Assembly (NCBI GenBank): GCA_049325335.1 | Contig: JBMOMC010000001.1 | Coordinates: forward strand, 532,193 to 596,192 | Length of the DNA: 64,000 nt | From: Nitrospirota bacterium | GTDB lineage: Bacteria > Nitrospirota > Nitrospiria > 2-01-FULL-66-17 | Reading direction: 5' to 3' | Shown here: positions 26,365 to 35,710 of the stretch, one piece after another | How positions within the stretch are numbered: position 1 is the first letter of the stretch | Layout of the letters: every line of letters starts with the position of its first letter | Notes under the pieces: model-generated | Seen by the model: only the letters and a program-made list of their open reading frames with translations | What the model was told of the DNA's origin: nothing | Databases searched by the model: none | Made by a program: the position numbers and the translations under genes

Positions 26365-27564
26365 TTATGGCGCACACCGGTCCCAATCCCACCAAGACAG
26401 CGGACGCATCGCCTCTTCCTTGGTATCGAGTACTGAGGGCGGATTTTCACAGAGCGGATCAATCCGGTCGGCCTGCTGGCGGGCCCACACCGTCCAGTTC
26501 ACCTGCTCGTCGTTGGGTGTCCCGCTTGCGCGCACCTTGGCTTCAAACGCGTCGACATAGGCCCGGATGGTCCGCGCCCGCTGCCAGGCCTGCGCATCCT
26601 TTTCCAACTTGGTGACGGCCTGCCGTTCCTGTTCAACGCGCAGGCGCAGCGCTGCGCGACCGTCCTGCTCCGCTTGGAAGCGGCGCTTTCGCTCTTCCCG
26701 CTTTAACCGTTCGGCCGTGAGCCAAGCCGCCATCTGGACGAGGTTCACAATCACTTGATTCAGGCAATCCTCAATGCGCTGGTGGCGACCGTCAGACCAG
26801 TTTGAGCGCAGGCCCGAGCCGTAGCCGCCATCCAGTTTCAACGTCAGCTCTCCCGTGGGCACATAGTCGTACTTTGGTGCTGAAGACCAGCGGGACCGCT
26901 CGAGGTCGGCGCGCTCGCGCGCGGTCAGTTCGTGGGCCTGACGTCGGAGGCGCTCTTCGATCGACAGGCCCAAGGTCTCGCCGTTGACGATCAGCTTTGC
27001 TTGGCTCCGGTCCTGCGGCGTCCCCGCTTTGATCAGAAACCCCCGGGTCACACAGGATTTGACCAGTGCGTCGATGATACGCAGCACGCGTCCAACGGTG
27101 AGGCGCCGGACGCGCACGTAAAATGCCCCATGGTCGTGGCATTTGAGCATCCCGTAGTCGTCGAGCCTCCCGGCTCTGAGTGCGTGTCTGGTGATCTGCG
27201 TCACTTCATGAGGCCGTTCCAGCGTCTCCGGCACAACGATTCGGTTCTCGGGGTTCTCTTCCGCCTGCGCCTGCTGGACGACACTCGGCGGCACGCTTTC
27301 GTCGTTCGCTGCCACCCGTGGACGGACGGTAATGTTGATCATGGGCGCCTGGCCGGTACGAGGAAGAGGCGGTTGTTTGACCCGCATGCCCGCCTGCAGC
27401 ATCTGCCAATAGCCACGGCCGGGCACGGGGATCCAGTGCTTCCGGCAGATCTTCTTGAGGCCGACATCGGACAGATGAAAGCGTGCCGCGGCCTTGGTCA
27501 TGGGCTCGGCCCACACCAGGGCATAGAGCTCTTCGCGGGAGAGACGCTTCATCTCAGGTTGCAT
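26365..27564 (-). CDS. Conserved hypothetical protein with an N-terminal HTH-like domain
   Basis: LSREELYALVWAEPM..SDVGLKKIC..IPVPGRGYW; C-terminal WARQQADRIDP. Confidence 0.75.
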   Translation of the reverse strand: MQPEMKRLSREELYALVWAEPMTKAAARFHLSDVGLKKICRKHWIPVPGRGYWQMLQAGMRVKQPPLPRTGQAPMINITVRPRVAANDESVPPSVVQQAQAEENPENRIVVPETLERPHEVTQITRHALRAGRLDDYGMLKCHDHGAFYVRVRRLTVGRVLRIIDALVKSCVTRGFLIKAGTPQDRSQAKLIVNGETLGLSIEERLRRQAHELTARERADLERSRWSSAPKYDYVPTGELTLKLDGGYGSGLRSNWSDGRHQRIEDCLNQVIVNLVQMAAWLTAERLKREERKRRFQAEQDGRAALRLRVEQERQAVTKLEKDAQAWQRARTIRAYVDAFEAKVRASGTPNDEQVNWTVWARQQADRIDPLCENPPSVLDTKEEAMRPLSWWDWDRCAP

Positions 27565-27791
27565 CTGCCGGGAGCTACCAATACGCTCGAAAGGAAACGA
27601 ACTGGGGCCGAATTTTACAACATTTCGTAGCTGGTTGGACCGAATTGACCAATCAGGACGATCGACCTACTGACACCGGGTTGAAGCATTAAAGAATGGC
27701 TTTGGACACGGTGTCATTCACCATTCCAATCTGCACGCGTGGGTCTGGCGTTCATCATCGGCCGCTTGTATCGATCGCGGCCGCGTCCTCG

Positions 27792-28316
27792 TTACGGAAA
27801 CAACTTCTCGATCACACTCATAGGCAGGAACAGCCTGGCCGGCTGATCCGCAAAGGGGATGAACTCGTAGCGCCTGTAAAACGCCATCGCCCGCTCATCT
27901 TTCGCATCGACGATAACGGCGAGCGAGGCAACTTGGCGCGAAGCCTGCATACTGCGGTGCAGGGCGTCCATCAGGAGATATTCTCCGGCGCCGTGCCCCT
28001 GAACCCGTCGGTCGATCGCAAGGCGCCCCAGCAGCGTGGCCGGGACGACCGGGTACCTGGGGAGTTTCTTCGCCACAGTCTCCGGCCACTCGCCGATATC
28101 CACGCTGATGGCCGACAGCGTGTAATAGCCGAGCACCGTGTTTTTCTCGCCTTCACACAGCACAAACGGCGCGGCAACACGTTTGCGGGCGTCCTGCCCG
28201 GCCTGGGCCCGCAGGTAGTGATCGAGCGGCTCGTTGCCGCAGGAAAACTCTGACCGGTTGTGCTGTGGGCCGAGCGCCTCAACCCGGTACGGCCTCTCGC
28301 CTGTTTCCCCTGACAA
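27792..28316 (-). CDS. GNAT acetyltransferase toxin (AtaT/TacT-like)
   Basis: HNRSEFSCGNEPLDHYL, LLGRLAID..QGHGAGE, VDAKDE..FY. Confidence 0.92.
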   Translation of the reverse strand: MSGETGERPYRVEALGPQHNRSEFSCGNEPLDHYLRAQAGQDARKRVAAPFVLCEGEKNTVLGYYTLSAISVDIGEWPETVAKKLPRYPVVPATLLGRLAIDRRVQGHGAGEYLLMDALHRSMQASRQVASLAVIVDAKDERAMAFYRRYEFIPFADQPARLFLPMSVIEKLFP

Positions 28317-28622
28317 TTAGTCAAGCCCCGCACGGTCTTTGTAGCGCTTCGCAGCCTGCCGGAGTGCCTTGCCGGGGGCGGCAGGCTGGAGCAGCGCCGA
28401 CACAAAATCCTTGCGGTCACGCTCGCTCAGCGTCAGCACGTCATGCGCGCGCAAGGCCTTCTCCGCGGCTTCCTGCACGCTCGCAACCAGAAAATCCGTC
28501 AGCGACCGGCCCTGAAGGGACGCCGCACGCAAAAAGAGCGTCTTCTGCGCCTTGCTGACCCGCGCCTCCAGTCGTTCCGACCGAGAAGTCTTCCCCGGTT
28601 TATCCATGTCTTTCGTGATCAT
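28317..28622 (-). CDS. DUF1778 RHH antitoxin
   Basis: ERLEARVS..K.LFLRAA..GRSLTDF..LSERD..F..AL..P..P..L. Confidence 0.92.
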   Translation of the reverse strand: MITKDMDKPGKTSRSERLEARVSKAQKTLFLRAASLQGRSLTDFLVASVQEAAEKALRAHDVLTLSERDRKDFVSALLQPAAPGKALRQAAKRYKDRAGLD

Positions 28623-28646
28623 GGTGGTCTCCTGTTCCCACTGTTT

Positions 28647-28675
28647 ACTGTACGGCAATGTGCCGTACATGTCAA
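28647..28675 (-). promoter_or_regulatory. TA promoter with palindromic operator
   Basis: TTGACA-17 nt-TACAGT overlapped by TGTACGGCA-atg-TGCCGTACA (28649-28669). Confidence 0.8.
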
Positions 28676-29014
28676 GCTGGGTACCAAGGCGGACACCCCT
28701 CTGGACGAGAGGGCCGGGGTCAAGGAGCATGGCGTTTGACCCCGTGTCAATCGCCATGCCTGTCTGCCGCCGTCCGTCTCTTATCCGAAAGCCGCTGTTT
28801 GACCGTGATCGTCTGAGAACACAAAGGTGTTCGGGTCATCAACCCGAAGGTCATTCTCGAAAATGGTGTGCTGAAAACGTGCTGAAGTTCGGCCGAATTG
28901 ATCGACACAATCGGAATAAACGGGAACAGATCGAATCCCACAACTCATTGATTTGAAGCCTTAATCGGGAAACCAGGCCACATATCCATGAGGTGTATAG
29001 TTTGGCCTAAACGC

Positions 29015-29058
29015 GCTCATAACCCGAAGGTCGTCGGTTCAAATCCGGCCCCCGCAAC
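29015..29058 (+). repeat. attR core (displaced tRNA 3' half); the native CCA is at 29058-29060
   Basis: Identical to 2698-2741; continues CA. Confidence 0.95.
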
Positions 29059-29125
29059 CAACTTCTCCCCTCATCAATCCCGAAACAGCACCGACTCGCT
29101 GCGAACCCGCGGGCTCGCGCCTATC

Positions 29126-29310
29126 TTAGGCGGCTCGTTTGAGCGTCCCGACGAAGGCTTCAACCACGGTGGGATCGAACTGGGTGCAGGAGGCCGGCCA
29201 TGCGCAGGTGTCGTTTCTCCTGTTCGTCCAGATTGAGCGCATCGGCGAGTTGGGCGGCGTAGCGCACCACCCGCTCGGACTGCCCGCGCGTATACGGACT
29301 TTTGGCGCGG
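29126..29310 (-). pseudogene. Collapsed HD-GYP domain gene
   Basis: AKSPYTRGQSERV..LRMAGLLH joined out of frame to TQFDPTVVEAF..AA-stop. Confidence 0.7.
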
Positions 29311-29382
29311 AACCGGGAGTTACGCGCGGAGGAGGTTTCCGGATCCCGTGTGCAATGCGGATCCAGTACGCGTTGGGGCGGG

Positions 29383-29853
29383 TTATGGTTCGTGGGCCCC
29401 GGAAAACCCGTTCTGCCGCCAGGCTTCAAACACCACCACGGCCACGGCATTCGAGAGGTTCATGCTGCGATTGTTGGGCATCATGGGAATCCGCAGCAAA
29501 CAGTCGGGCGCGAGGGTTCGGCGGATCGCGGGGGGCAGACCGTGGGTTTCCGACCCGAACAACAACGCGTCGCCTGGGTGGAAGGCGGCGGCGTTGTAGG
29601 AGCGCCGGCCGTGCGTGGAACACGCGAACACGCGGGGCGGTTTCACCGTGGCCAGGAACTCCTCCCACGACGCGTGGAGGTGGAGCGCGGCGCGGTCGTG
29701 GTAGTCCAGGCCCGCGCGCCGCAACCGCGCGTCGTCCAACCGAAAACCGAGCGGTTCGATTAAATGCAGCGCTGCGCCGGTGTTGGCGCTCAAGCGGATG
29801 ATGTTGCCGGTATTGGAATGAATTTCGGGCTGGTGCAAGACGATGCGGAACAT
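29383..29853 (-). CDS. trmL: tRNA (cytidine/uridine-34-2'-O)-methyltransferase
   Basis: [38 protein letters not shown]. Confidence 0.95.
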   Translation of the reverse strand: MFRIVLHQPEIHSNTGNIIRLSANTGAALHLIEPLGFRLDDARLRRAGLDYHDRAALHLHASWEEFLATVKPPRVFACSTHGRRSYNAAAFHPGDALLFGSETHGLPPAIRRTLAPDCLLRIPMMPNNRSMNLSNAVAVVVFEAWRQNGFSGAHEP

Positions 29854-30036
29854 GGTATGTCCATCCATGCGAACAATCGGGCCCGCATTGTACCGTGTGC
29901 CCCCGCTGTTTGCCCACGGTCGCATGGCATGGTCGAATAGACCGAAATTCCTGTAAGATCAGCGGCGGCTCGGCATACGATCCCCTCACCAATCGGAGTA
30001 CACGATGATCGCCCTGGGTTCCCGGATACCCGCCCC

Positions 30037-31101
30037 ATGAAAGGCTTCACCCCTCGTCGAAGCCGCAAGGCCGGCCTGCCGCCGGGCAGTGTCGTGCATA
30101 TCGGCACGCCGTCGTCGCGTCCAGCACGCATCCAGACCCTGCGTTACGGCCCCGACCGTCTGGTCGAGGAACCGACCGCCACGCTCGACCAAGCGCTCGC
30201 CTGCCGCGAGGAACCCGGTGTGGCTTGGATCAACGTGGACGGCGTGCAGGACGTGGAGATGCTCAAGCAACTCGGCGAAGGGTATGGACTGCATCCCTTG
30301 GTGATCGAGGACATCGCCAACACCGAGCAGCGGCCCAAGCTGGAAGATCACGGCGACCACCTCTTTATCGTGCTCAAGATCCTGTCGCCAGATAACGGCC
30401 GCGTACGGACCGAGCAGGTCAGCATGATCATCACCCGCAACCGCGTCATCACCCTCCAAGAACAGGACAAGCCGGGCGACTGCCTGGATCCGTTGCGCGC
30501 GCGCCTACGCGCCGACGCCTCGCGGTTGCGCGCCGCGGGGTCCGACTTTCTCGCCTACGGAATTTTGGACGCCGTGGTGGACCACTACTTTGTCGTGCTC
30601 GAACACCTCGGCGACGCGGTCGAGCGCAGCGAAGAGGCCGCCACGCTCGACCCCACCGCGCGCGGAGCCCGAACGATTCACGAGCTGCGCCGCGAGTTGC
30701 TGGTGATGCGCCGCGCGGCATGGCCGCTGCGAGATCTCGTCGCCCAGTTGTTACGGCGCGAATCCCCGCTCATCGCCGAAAAAACCGCGGTGTACCTACG
30801 CGACGTCCACGACCACTTGGTGCAAGTGATCGACACCATCGAGACCTTGCGCGATTTGTTATCCAGCCTGTTGGAGGTGGAGCTCACTCGCGCCAGCCTG
30901 CGGATGAACGAGACCATGAAGGCGTTGACGCTGATCGCCACCGTATTTATACCGCTCACGTTTATCGTGGGCGTGTACGGCATGAACTTCGAGCACATGC
31001 CGGAACTGCGCTGGCGATGGGCCTATCCGTCTCTCTGGGCCATCATGATCGCGCTCGGCGTGGGCATGGTGGTGTGGTTTAAGCGCAAACGCTGGCTGTA
31101 A
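30037..31101 (+). CDS. corA: Mg/Co transporter CorA
   Basis: LHPLVIEDI..QRPK; YGMNFEHMPEL; two TM helices. Confidence 0.96.
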   Translation: MKGFTPRRSRKAGLPPGSVVHIGTPSSRPARIQTLRYGPDRLVEEPTATLDQALACREEPGVAWINVDGVQDVEMLKQLGEGYGLHPLVIEDIANTEQRPKLEDHGDHLFIVLKILSPDNGRVRTEQVSMIITRNRVITLQEQDKPGDCLDPLRARLRADASRLRAAGSDFLAYGILDAVVDHYFVVLEHLGDAVERSEEAATLDPTARGARTIHELRRELLVMRRAAWPLRDLVAQLLRRESPLIAEKTAVYLRDVHDHLVQVIDTIETLRDLLSSLLEVELTRASLRMNETMKALTLIATVFIPLTFIVGVYGMNFEHMPELRWRWAYPSLWAIMIALGVGMVVWFKRKRWL

Positions 31102-31103
31102 CT

Positions 31104-31477
31104 TTGGACGACAACACCGCGGAGCACATCCGTCATACGGTGGACGCGGTCTACCGCGACGAATCGCGCCGCGTGCTCGCCACCTTGATCCGGCTGCTCG
31201 GAGATTTCGATCTCGCCGAAGAGTCGCTGCACGACGCGTTCAGGGCGGCGCTGGAGCAGTGGTCCCGCGACGGGGTGCCCGCCAATCCACGGGCGTGGCT
31301 GGTCTCGGCCGGTCGGTTCAAGGCCATCGACGGCATCCGCCGGCGCGGGCGGATCTGTGCCGGCGGCTGGGGCGAACCGCGGACGCGAGGGCGTCCTACG
31401 AACGGGCACTCGCTCTGACGCAACAGGAGCCGGAGCAACGCTTTCTCAAGCGACGGCTGGCCGAATTGCCGGGCTGA
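31104..31477 (+). pseudogene. ECF42-type sigma factor, internally deleted and frameshifted
   Basis: Sigma-2 region (RVLATLIRLLGDFDLAEE..W..GVP.NP.AWL) fused to the TPR tail ARADLCRRLGR..A..YERAL..EQRFL.RRL. Confidence 0.85.
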
Positions 31478-31506
31478 ACCAGCCCACGCGATTTTTTTTC
31501 AGCCCA

Positions 31507-31533
31507 TGTCGATTTCGGCCTCCCCCGAACGAC
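31507..31533 (+). promoter_or_regulatory. ECF42-like promoter
   Basis: TGTCGA-17 nt-CGAC; same motif at 34962 and 41654. Confidence 0.7.
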
Positions 31534-31583
31534 CAACGAGCGTAGAGCGCGATTCACGCGACCGATCAATCCGGGAGGAACCT

Positions 31584-31982
31584 ATGAAATACGTGTGCCT
31601 GGGATATATGGACCCGAACAAGTGGAAGAGTTTGTCGGAATCCGAGATCCATGCGTTTGTTGACGAGTGTTTGACCTACGACGACGTGCTCAGAACGAAC
31701 GGACACTTCGCGGGCGGAGACGCGCTCCAAGGCCCTGAAAGCGCCGTCACCCTGCGCTTTCAAGGCGGAAAGGTCGCGGGCACGGACGGCCCCTACGCGG
31801 AGACCAAGGAGCAATTGGGCGGCGTTCTGATTCTCGACGCCAAGGACCTCAACCACGCCATCCAATTGATGTCCAAGCACCCGGGGGTACGTGGCGGGCC
31901 TTTTGAAATCCGCCCGGCCGCAGACTTGACCGAGATGGTCCGTGAGAGCGAGAAGCGGCGGGCACGGTCCACGCGACCCTAG
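31584..31982 (+). CDS. YciI/DGPF-family protein
   Basis: MKYVCLGY, DGPYAETKEQLGG, EIRP. Confidence 0.92.
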   Translation: MKYVCLGYMDPNKWKSLSESEIHAFVDECLTYDDVLRTNGHFAGGDALQGPESAVTLRFQGGKVAGTDGPYAETKEQLGGVLILDAKDLNHAIQLMSKHPGVRGGPFEIRPAADLTEMVRESEKRRARSTRP

Positions 31983-32309
31983 CCATTGCGACAAGGAGGC
32001 CGAAATTGAGGTGAGGGAGTTGCACGAGGCGGAGGACTTCCTGCCCGAGGACGCAGTCGAACGGTTCCGCAAGATCGGGATCGGTGAAAAGTAAAAGAAT
32101 GATGAGGGGCGCAGGACAGGCTGTCGATTGCTGCACCACCTGTGTGGAAGATGGGGATTCCATTCCATGACCCTGGCGCGGTGGAAGGGCAATCCCGACT
32201 GCCGGCGCACCCGGGTTACTCCGTGGGGGGGCTTGCAGCGCGCTGTTCTCCCCGTCTTGCAAAGCGTTATCCGTCGATGTTATCAATTTCTCACGACTGA
32301 GCTCATCCT

Positions 32310-34928
32310 ATGGAATTTAAGGATTGTTCGGTAGTCCCTCCTGTCTTAAAAAACGATGCCCAGCAGTACCGGACCCTGCTGGAGGTCTCGGAATCCATCG
32401 CCACGCACCGCGACCTCAAAGCGCTATTGAGGGATTTGGCCCAGCGGCTGCTGTCGGTCGCTCAACTCGAATCCATCGGGCTCATCCTCCACGATGGCGA
32501 GCGGGAGGTGATGCGGGCGCATTACCTCGGGACCGGGGAGACTGAAAACGTCACCGGCTTGGAAATTCCGGTGGCGGAGTCCGCCAGCGGGTGGGTGTAT
32601 CACGCGCAGCAAGTGCTGGTCGTCCGGAATTTGGACGACGAGCCGCGTTTCCCGGCGGTGAAGGCGGTACTGGAACGGATGGGCGTAAAGTCGTACTGCC
32701 TGTTTCCGCTGACGACCGCAGTGCGGCGCTTGGGCGCGATCGGGTTCGGCAGAAAGAGCGTCAGCGCGTTCGGAGACGGGGAGTTGGAGTTTTTGCAGCA
32801 GGTCGCCAAGCAGGTGGCGGTCGCGGTGGACAACGTGCTTAATTCCGAGAGCGCCCGGGTCGCTCAGGAGCAGTTGGCGCTCGAGCGCGATCGGTTGCGG
32901 CTTCTGCTGGAGGTCTCGGAATCCATCGCCTCGCACCGGGACCTGGAGGAGCTGTTTCGAGATCTGGCGCGGCGGATTCCGCAGGTCGTCCCGTTCGACT
33001 ACATCAACGTGGTCCTCCACGACGCGGCCCGCAACGTCATGCGGTTGTGTTTCCTGGTCACCGCGCAACCGAGCACGTTTCCTATCGGCCTGGAAATTCC
33101 GATGAACGAGTCGCCGGGCGGCGTGGTGTGGGAGACCCAGCAGCCGTTAATGGTGAGCGACCTGAGCCAAGAGACGCGGTTTCCGATGTTGACCGAGAAG
33201 CTGCGCGAACACGGGGTGCAATCCTTCTGCGTCGTGCCGTTGACCACGGCGCATCGCCGGTTGGGGGCCATGGGATTCGGGAGCATGCAACCCAGGACCT
33301 ACCAGGCCGAGGAAATCGCATTCATGCAGGAGGTGGCGAAACAGGTCGCGGTCGCGGTGGACAACGTGCTCAACGCGGAGAGCGCGCGGGCGTCCCAGCG
33401 CCAACTCGCGCGCGAACGCGACCACCAGCAGTTGTTGCTGGAGATCAACAACGCGGTGGTCTCCCATCTGGCGTTGAACGACGTGTTCACCGCGGTCAGC
33501 GCCTGCCTGAGGAAAGTCATCCAACATGACGGGTCAAGCCTGGTGCTATACGACCCGGAGACCGGGACATGCCGGGTCCACGTGCTGGATTTCACGACGA
33601 ACCAGAGCGTGGTTGAGGAAAAGCAGGCGGGGCCGAAGTGCACCACTCCGGCGCGCGTCGCGATCAACTCGGGCAAGCCGACCGTATTCAGCGAGCAGGA
33701 TCTGACCGCGATGTCGGCGGACTCCGAAATGGCGCGATGTGTCCTGGCGGACGGAATCAAATCACTCTGCTGCGTCCCGCTGATCTCGCACAACCATATG
33801 CAAGGGACCCTGAACCTGGGGCGGCGCCGCGACGACGCGTTCGGTCCGGGAGACGTCGAACTGTTGAGCCAGGTGGCGCAGCAGATCGCGATCGCGGTCG
33901 AGAACGCGCTGGCCTACCGGGAAATCGCGGAGCTGAAGGAGCGGCTCAACAAGGAAAAGCTCTACCTGCAAGAGGAAATCCGCACCGAATACAACTTCGA
34001 AGAGATCATCGGCGAGAGCACGGCGCTGAAACGCATCTTGAAACAGGTCGAGACCGTAGCGCCGACCGATTCCACCGTGTTGATCCAGGGCGAGACCGGC
34101 ACCGGGAAGGAACTCATCGCGCGGGCGATCCACCACCTGAGCGGACGGCGCGAGCGCACCTTCGTGAAAATGAACTGCGCCGCGATCCCCACCGGCCTGC
34201 TGGAAAGCGAACTGTTCGGCCACGAGAAAGGCGCGTTCACCGGCGCCATCGCCCAGAAGATCGGGCGGTTCGAGCTGGCGCACAACGGCACGATCTTCCT
34301 CGACGAGATCGGGGACATCCCGCTGGAGTTGCAGTCGAAGTTGCTGCGGGTGCTGCAGGAGCAGGAGTTCGAACGCCTGGGGAGCACCAAGACCATCAAG
34401 GTTAACATCCGCCTGGTGGCGGCCACCAATCGTGATCTGGAGCAGATGGTAGCTGACAAACAATTCCGCAGCGACCTGTTCTACCGTCTCAACGTGTTTC
34501 CCGTGACCGTGCCGTCTTTGCGGGAGCGGCGGCAAGATATCCCCTTGCTGGTGCGCTACTTCGCGCAGAAGTACGCGCAGCGAATGGACAAGCGGATCGA
34601 AACCATCCCGACCGACGCGCTGGACGCGCTGTCGAAGTATCACTGGCCCGGCAACATCCGGGAGTTGGAAAACCTGATCGAACGCTCCGTGATCCTGTCG
34701 CAAGGTCCTGACCTGCGTGTGCCGTTGGGAGAATTGAAGGTCCGGAACACCCAGCCGTCGGATGGGGATGCCACGCTGGACGGAGCGGAAAGTCGGCACA
34801 TTCTTCGCGTCCTCAAGGAAACCGATTGGGTGATCGGTGGTACTTCAGGCGCTGCGGCCCGTCTCGGCATGAAGCGCACCACCCTGCTGTCGCGCATGAA
34901 GAAATTCGGCATCACCCGCTCGTCGTAA
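32310..34928 (+). CDS. FhlA-like sigma-54 enhancer-binding protein (3 GAF + AAA+ + HTH)
   Basis: [31 protein letters not shown]; duplicated GAF domains. Confidence 0.93.
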   Translation: MEFKDCSVVPPVLKNDAQQYRTLLEVSESIATHRDLKALLRDLAQRLLSVAQLESIGLILHDGEREVMRAHYLGTGETENVTGLEIPVAESASGWVYHAQQVLVVRNLDDEPRFPAVKAVLERMGVKSYCLFPLTTAVRRLGAIGFGRKSVSAFGDGELEFLQQVAKQVAVAVDNVLNSESARVAQEQLALERDRLRLLLEVSESIASHRDLEELFRDLARRIPQVVPFDYINVVLHDAARNVMRLCFLVTAQPSTFPIGLEIPMNESPGGVVWETQQPLMVSDLSQETRFPMLTEKLREHGVQSFCVVPLTTAHRRLGAMGFGSMQPRTYQAEEIAFMQEVAKQVAVAVDNVLNAESARASQRQLARERDHQQLLLEINNAVVSHLALNDVFTAVSACLRKVIQHDGSSLVLYDPETGTCRVHVLDFTTNQSVVEEKQAGPKCTTPARVAINSGKPTVFSEQDLTAMSADSEMARCVLADGIKSLCCVPLISHNHMQGTLNLGRRRDDAFGPGDVELLSQVAQQIAIAVENALAYREIAELKERLNKEKLYLQEEIRTEYNFEEIIGESTALKRILKQVETVAPTDSTVLIQGETGTGKELIARAIHHLSGRRERTFVKMNCAAIPTGLLESELFGHEKGAFTGAIAQKIGRFELAHNGTIFLDEIGDIPLELQSKLLRVLQEQEFERLGSTKTIKVNIRLVAATNRDLEQMVADKQFRSDLFYRLNVFPVTVPSLRERRQDIPLLVRYFAQKYAQRMDKRIETIPTDALDALSKYHWPGNIRELENLIERSVILSQGPDLRVPLGELKVRNTQPSDGDATLDGAESRHILRVLKETDWVIGGTSGAAARLGMKRTTLLSRMKKFGITRSS

Positions 34929-34961
34929 GTACCTCGCCTCGCTGATACCCGGAACCTCCGG

Positions 34962-34988
34962 TGTCGATTTCAGCGCCCGCTGAACGAC
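34962..34988 (+). promoter_or_regulatory. ECF42-like promoter upstream of the RND operon
   Basis: TGTCGA-tttcagcgcccgctgaa-CGAC. Confidence 0.6.
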
Positions 34989-35029
34989 TCCAGGGCGTGA
35001 AGGTCACAGGCAGAGTCTGCTTATGGAGC

Positions 35030-35077
35030 TGTCGATCGTTCGACATCTGTCGATATTTCGACACGAACGCTTCGACA
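35030..35077. promoter_or_regulatory. Putative upstream activator sites
   Basis: Two TGTCGA-N4-TCGACA palindromes (35030-35045, 35048-35063) plus a half site. Confidence 0.65.
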
Positions 35078-35173
35078 CTTGCTCCGGGGTCGAGTCGGTT
35101 TTCTGCGTCGCGTTCTCGTGACTCGCTTGTAGTTTCCGTCACTTCCGCCCTGTCGTCCCCTTGTCACGCGTCC

Positions 35174-35189
35174 TGGTACGAGAGTCGCT
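35174..35189 (+). promoter_or_regulatory. Sigma-54 -24/-12 promoter
   Basis: TGGTACGAGAGTCGCT, GG-N10-GC. Confidence 0.65.
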
Positions 35190-35210
35190 ATAGAAATGGG
35201 CGAGAGGTGA

Positions 35211-35423
35211 GTGAGAAGGGGTGACGTGATAAACGTGACATTTAGATTGGCAGACGGAACACCGGCCGGGATCGTACCGACCAGGGAATTGCGGGAACTG
35301 GCCAGGCAACGCTTTGGCGTGGAGTGGACGGCGGGCAGGAAGCTTTCGGTGGTGTTCCACGTTCGAGACCAACAGGCGTTGGACCGGGTGATCACGCGGT
35401 TCGGAGTACACCACGCATGCTGA
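35211..35423 (+). CDS. Small hypothetical protein
   Basis: First ORF after the sigma-54 promoter; overlaps the STAS gene start. Confidence 0.4.
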   Translation: MRRGDVINVTFRLADGTPAGIVPTRELRELARQRFGVEWTAGRKLSVVFHVRDQQALDRVITRFGVHHAC

Positions 35424-35710
35424 GAATTACGCGCCGGGACGAGGCCGGGACCGCGGTGATCCAGGTCGAGGGGAAGCTTGCCGGGCCCTGGGTCAAAGAG
35501 CTTGAAGACTCCTGGCGGTCAGTCGAGGGTGAACAGGGTCGGAAGGTCTTGGTGGATCTGACTGCGGTGAGTTTCATCGACGAAACGGGGGAAGAACTGT
35601 TGCGCACCATGCACCGGGAGCGCGTTGGGTTGAAAGCCCGGGGGTGCTTCACCACCTGTCTCATCCAGACTATTCAAGAAGCCATCGGGCGGGCGAAGCT
35701 GCGCCAATGA
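35417..35710 (+). CDS. STAS-domain protein
   Basis: MLRIT..EGKLAGPWVKELE..W..VDLTAVSFIDETG. Confidence 0.85.
   Translation: MLRITRRDEAGTAVIQVEGKLAGPWVKELEDSWRSVEGEQGRKVLVDLTAVSFIDETGEELLRTMHRERVGLKARGCFTTCLIQTIQEAIGRAKLRQ

Larger units (their letters stand above)
2698..29058. mobile_element. Integrative genomic (defence) island in tRNA-fMet, ~26.4 kb
   Basis: 44-bp direct repeat of the tRNA 3' half at both ends; integrase and Xis next to attL; defence cargo. Confidence 0.93.

Noticed and set aside
21731..28901. Recurrent CCGAATTGA at ~21733, 27640 and 28893
   Set aside because: Too short to distinguish from chance without statistics
2698..29058. Prophage or complete ICE
   Set aside because: No virion, lysis, relaxase or T4SS genes recognised
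32122..32150. TGTCGA upstream of the FhlA-like gene as another ECF promoter
   Set aside because: Lacks CGAC at the 17-nt spacing
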